A stretch of DNA of 64,000 nt, taken from assembly GCA_030295235.1 (NCBI GenBank), contig AP026134.1, positions 248,001 through 312,000 of the forward strand. The letters run 5' to 3'. This document shows, piece by piece, positions 60,572 through 64,000 of the stretch; positions within the stretch are counted from its first letter, which is position 1; every line of letters starts with the position of its first letter. Source of the stretch: Fistulifera solaris. Lineage: Eukaryota. Under the pieces are notes generated by a model. It was not told the DNA's origin, did no database searches, and saw only the letters and a program-made list of their open reading frames with translations. Made by a program: the position numbers and the translations under genes.

Positions 60572-61594
60572 TTAGTCGCATGGGCCGCATGTCTGTTGGT
60601 AATAAGCCGTGCGATTCTCGGCCGGAATCGCATCGTTGCCCTTTTCCCATGCCAAAGGGAAAAAAGTCCCATTGATGGAGTGTTCCAAGCGAGCCGCAAA
60701 CGCTTGGGTCCCATTCCATCGACTGGCGTGACAGAACCACCGCTCACAAGGATCCCGTTCGATACGATCGGCTTCTTCTTTGTCGTTGGAAGCCGTTGGC
60801 TCTAAAAAATGCCATCCATCGTGCCAGACTTCAATCCAGTTGTGATTCCCATTTCCTTGTTCAGCATTCCACGCGGCCGTCCCGGCCACGCGAGCGGGAA
60901 CACCCACCGCCCTTAATGCACTGGCCAATAGAATGGATAATCCCGTACAACTGCCGTATCCATAGACCAAAACAGACATGGGGTCAAAGATAAGTGGCGT
61001 CGAGCCGGCCACAAAGGTAATGGAAGGTGTCCCCGGTGCCGCCAATCTTTGCCACATGTACGTGTTCAACATGTAAACGGCTTCTGTCAATGTAGTAGTC
61101 TCGCCTTGGATGAGTGTCGAAAGTTTCTGAAACAAATAGGGTCGCCAGTTACTCCGTGCTTCATTGAGATGCAAATAATTCAAGACATATTCTTCCCATA
61201 TTTCCCGGGGCAATTCATCGGTATAACGAAATAAAATTTTGGCCTGTAATGCGTATTCAATTGTCGGTCCAATCAATCCATCGGCTAGACCGTCTACCGG
61301 ATTCGAATGATCCTTCGAAACAAATCCTATGGTTTGGCGAAACGGCCGATCGAACGAAAGAATGTGTTGTTCCAGATATTCGTACGCATCACGTCGAGCA
61401 TGCTCGACGGTTTGCCATTCGCAACACTCTTGTTGTTGCTGTTGTAAATAACGTTCTTGACTGGTCATGCCAGGATGTGGCCAGGCCACGTGAGTGGAAT
61501 TGCTGCGGCAGCCAGCGTCGACGATTGCCTGCACGATCGGAGCGACGAAGAAGATGAGAAAGTGCGACACCACAAGTCCGAAACGAAATATCAT
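60572..61594 (-). CDS. Secreted transglutaminase-like domain protein
   Basis: GSCTGLS...LRAVGVPARVAG...HNWIEVW...FLEP. Confidence 0.82.
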   Translation of the reverse strand: MIFRFGLVVSHFLIFFVAPIVQAIVDAGCRSNSTHVAWPHPGMTSQERYLQQQQQECCEWQTVEHARRDAYEYLEQHILSFDRPFRQTIGFVSKDHSNPVDGLADGLIGPTIEYALQAKILFRYTDELPREIWEEYVLNYLHLNEARSNWRPYLFQKLSTLIQGETTTLTEAVYMLNTYMWQRLAAPGTPSITFVAGSTPLIFDPMSVLVYGYGSCTGLSILLASALRAVGVPARVAGTAAWNAEQGNGNHNWIEVWHDGWHFLEPTASNDKEEADRIERDPCERWFCHASRWNGTQAFAARLEHSINGTFFPLAWEKGNDAIPAENRTAYYQQTCGPCD

Positions 61595-61994
61595 TCTTTT
61601 ATAAAACGAAAGTAAATTGGTTGTTGCTTCTTCGTAATTTTTATGGATCGTTGATTTCATTCCGTTTGTTGGAGTTTCTTTTGTGCTGTATGGAAATGAG
61701 GCACCGCAAAATCCTGCGTACATTACAGCCTATAGACTTTGATTCCGTCATAACGGTGTCCGAGCGGTTCGGTTACCAGATGGGGTGCAGGCGCGCCAAA
61801 AAAAAAAAGACATTCGAGTACGAGGACGATGACGCGAGTGACCCGCTCGGCAACATCCATCCAATCAAGCCTCCTGCACGAAAACGGAGTATATTGAAAC
61901 ACCACAACAACAAGGAATATCTTCTTCTTGTCATTTACTACCAGTACTTACTAAACGCTCTGAAGAGACGGATTCGAAGTCAACTACTACTATC

Positions 61995-63947
61995 ATGAGT
62001 TCTCCCGACGCCAAAAACGCGACCTGCCGACCGCCACACGGCCGTCGTCTAGCAAAAAGCCCAAAACACCCACATTGCAAAGTAATGTCATTAACTTACA
62101 AGGTTTAGTACATGCCATGGAGAATAATAATAATACCGAAGGGACGGAAGCCGCATTAGCGTTCCGTGTCGAACGATGTCAGTTGTTGTGGAATCAAGTC
62201 GCCGAAGAATTGCAACGGGTCGATCCAGAACATTATCAATCCTTGCAACAACGCGTCCAGAAAGTCTGCCAGGGCAGTAAACCACCTTCTATTCCTCCTA
62301 CAATTCAACGAATCTTCTTGGACTCCTCATTTAACCATACTCCGGCTATGGAAAGTGAACCGAACGATGGGACCGATCTGAGTCAAGATAACGACATTTT
62401 GGAGACGATTGAACCACTTCGACCCAAGAAGGCCGTCGTCGATGTTTCCGAAATGCAAAAACAACAACACGAACAAATGCAAGAAGCCATCTCACAAATG
62501 GCGTCACAACTGAAACGAGAAACGGCCCGCATCCATTCGACCTTACAACAACAAACCGATCAATTGGACGAAATGGAAGATCTGGTGACAGAAAATGCTA
62601 CCAAAGTCACGGATTTGACGAAAAATGTCCAAGAGCATGTGGAGAAAGGATGGAGAAAAACAATTGGGACATGGACCTTGGTGTTCACCGTGGCGGGAGC
62701 GTTTCTGTTCTGTATGGTGACGATTTCTATGGTACCCAAACGACAAGGGACGTGTTTGTTCTTTTGTGCGAAAACAGACGATCAATATTGTCGGATCTTA
62801 CCGGGAGGACGTCAGGAATGTATACCGGTCGCGGAAATCAATGTTGGAAAACAACAAGCCAGCGAATGTACGGTGGATGGCGAGTGCATGGAAAATCATA
62901 AGGAAACAAATCAGCGAGACGCACGATCCGCTGTCAATGTATTCGCCGAAGAAGCGGCCATCGATGAAATTGATCCAAATATTCCCTTCTACAATGGCCG
63001 ACCTTTTTCGGGAAAAGAAATACGCAAAGCCGCTGCGGGGGTGATTTGCGAGCCTTGTCGGCCATGGTGGAGATGAAGCCAGAATTCATCGATGCACAAG
63101 ATTCGAATGGATGGTCGGCTTTGCATCTTGCGGCTCGATCCGGTCATGAAGACATTGTGCTCTACTTGTTAGACCATGGATGTAATGCGGTAGTGGAAAC
63201 CAGCAACGGGCGCACTGCACTCGATATTGCCTACGGAAAGCACGGAGCGGATCATCCCGTATCCAAATTGCTCGAGGAACTGTTCGAAAGTGGTTCCACT
63301 CCGAATGGCCAGCGTGAAGCCAAACAGCCACCAACGGGGAGGACATTCGGAGCGCGTCACAGACTGGAAATTTATCGCAACTGATGGAAATGCTTTTGGC
63401 TGCCCCCGATCTCATCGATGCGCAAGATAATAACGGCTGGGCCGCGATTCATCTTTCGGCGCGGGCTGGTCATACACCTGTCATTCAGTATTTGATAGAA
63501 GCTGGTTGCCAAACGCAAATCAAGACGAAGAGTGGTGAGTCTGCACTAGCGATTGCTGTTCGGGCGCTGGGCCATGATCATGCTATTGTGCATATGCTAG
63601 CGGCACGTCCGGATGCCGAACCAATGGTCCAGGGACGAATTTTTACCGAACATGATGTTCGTCTCGCTGCACAGCAAGGGAATCTAGAGCTATTGAAAGA
63701 GATGGGCGCCATCAAGCGAAAGTGGCTAGAAAGTCATGATGAAAATAAATGGGCCGCGTTGCATCAGGCAGCCCGAAGTGGGCACCTGGAGATTGTTGAG
63801 TATCTCCTTGAGCAAAGATGTGATCCAAACGCGCTAACGAAAAGTGGCAGCACGGCTTTGGATATTGCTAAAAATCTTCATGGAGACGATCATCCTGTTG
63901 TTACCTTACTTATGGAAAGCCAACGATTCCAACATACGGAATTGTAA
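61995..63947 (+). CDS. USE1-like SNARE + TM followed by ankyrin repeats and C-terminal HTEL (3 frameshifts; may be two genes)
   Basis: Coiled coil EQMQEAISQMASQLK...then TM; three D.NGW.ALH.AAR.GH ankyrin modules. Confidence 0.6.
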
Positions 63948-64000
63948 ATGCAGTTGTGAATAAGAGTTAAATGTGACATATTAATAAACGGATATCAAGG

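Overview
Eukaryotic, gene-dense window. It is most likely nuclear DNA of a diatom or related stramenopile; this is inferred from short GT-AG introns, heat-shock factor/LSM5/RCC1/JmjC genes and a FAS1 protein with RxL motifs. About 30 host genes occupy 1-47.9 kb and 57.8-64 kb. Many ORFs break at single-base indels in homopolymer runs, which probably reflects unpolished long-read consensus rather than true pseudogenes. The main feature is a ~9 kb island (~48.1-57.0 kb). It carries an intact, intronless 716-aa tyrosine recombinase (Crypton-like), a cargo ORF plus a decayed paralog, 261-bp and 354-bp tandem arrays, and an 11-bp motif shared by both ends. Six copies of a conserved-arm/variable-loop hairpin (CCGGCGTACAA...TTGTACGCCGG) divide the cargo into modules, an architecture reminiscent of an integron cassette array (hypothesis only). 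Other notable items: a 330-bp MITE with perfect TIRs and a TSD, a dispersed ~80-bp palindromic repeat (3 copies), two homologous introns flanking a 22-nt micro-exon in an HSF gene, and a possible USE1-type SNARE/ankyrin/HTEL fusion. All calls are by eye; no database searches were run.
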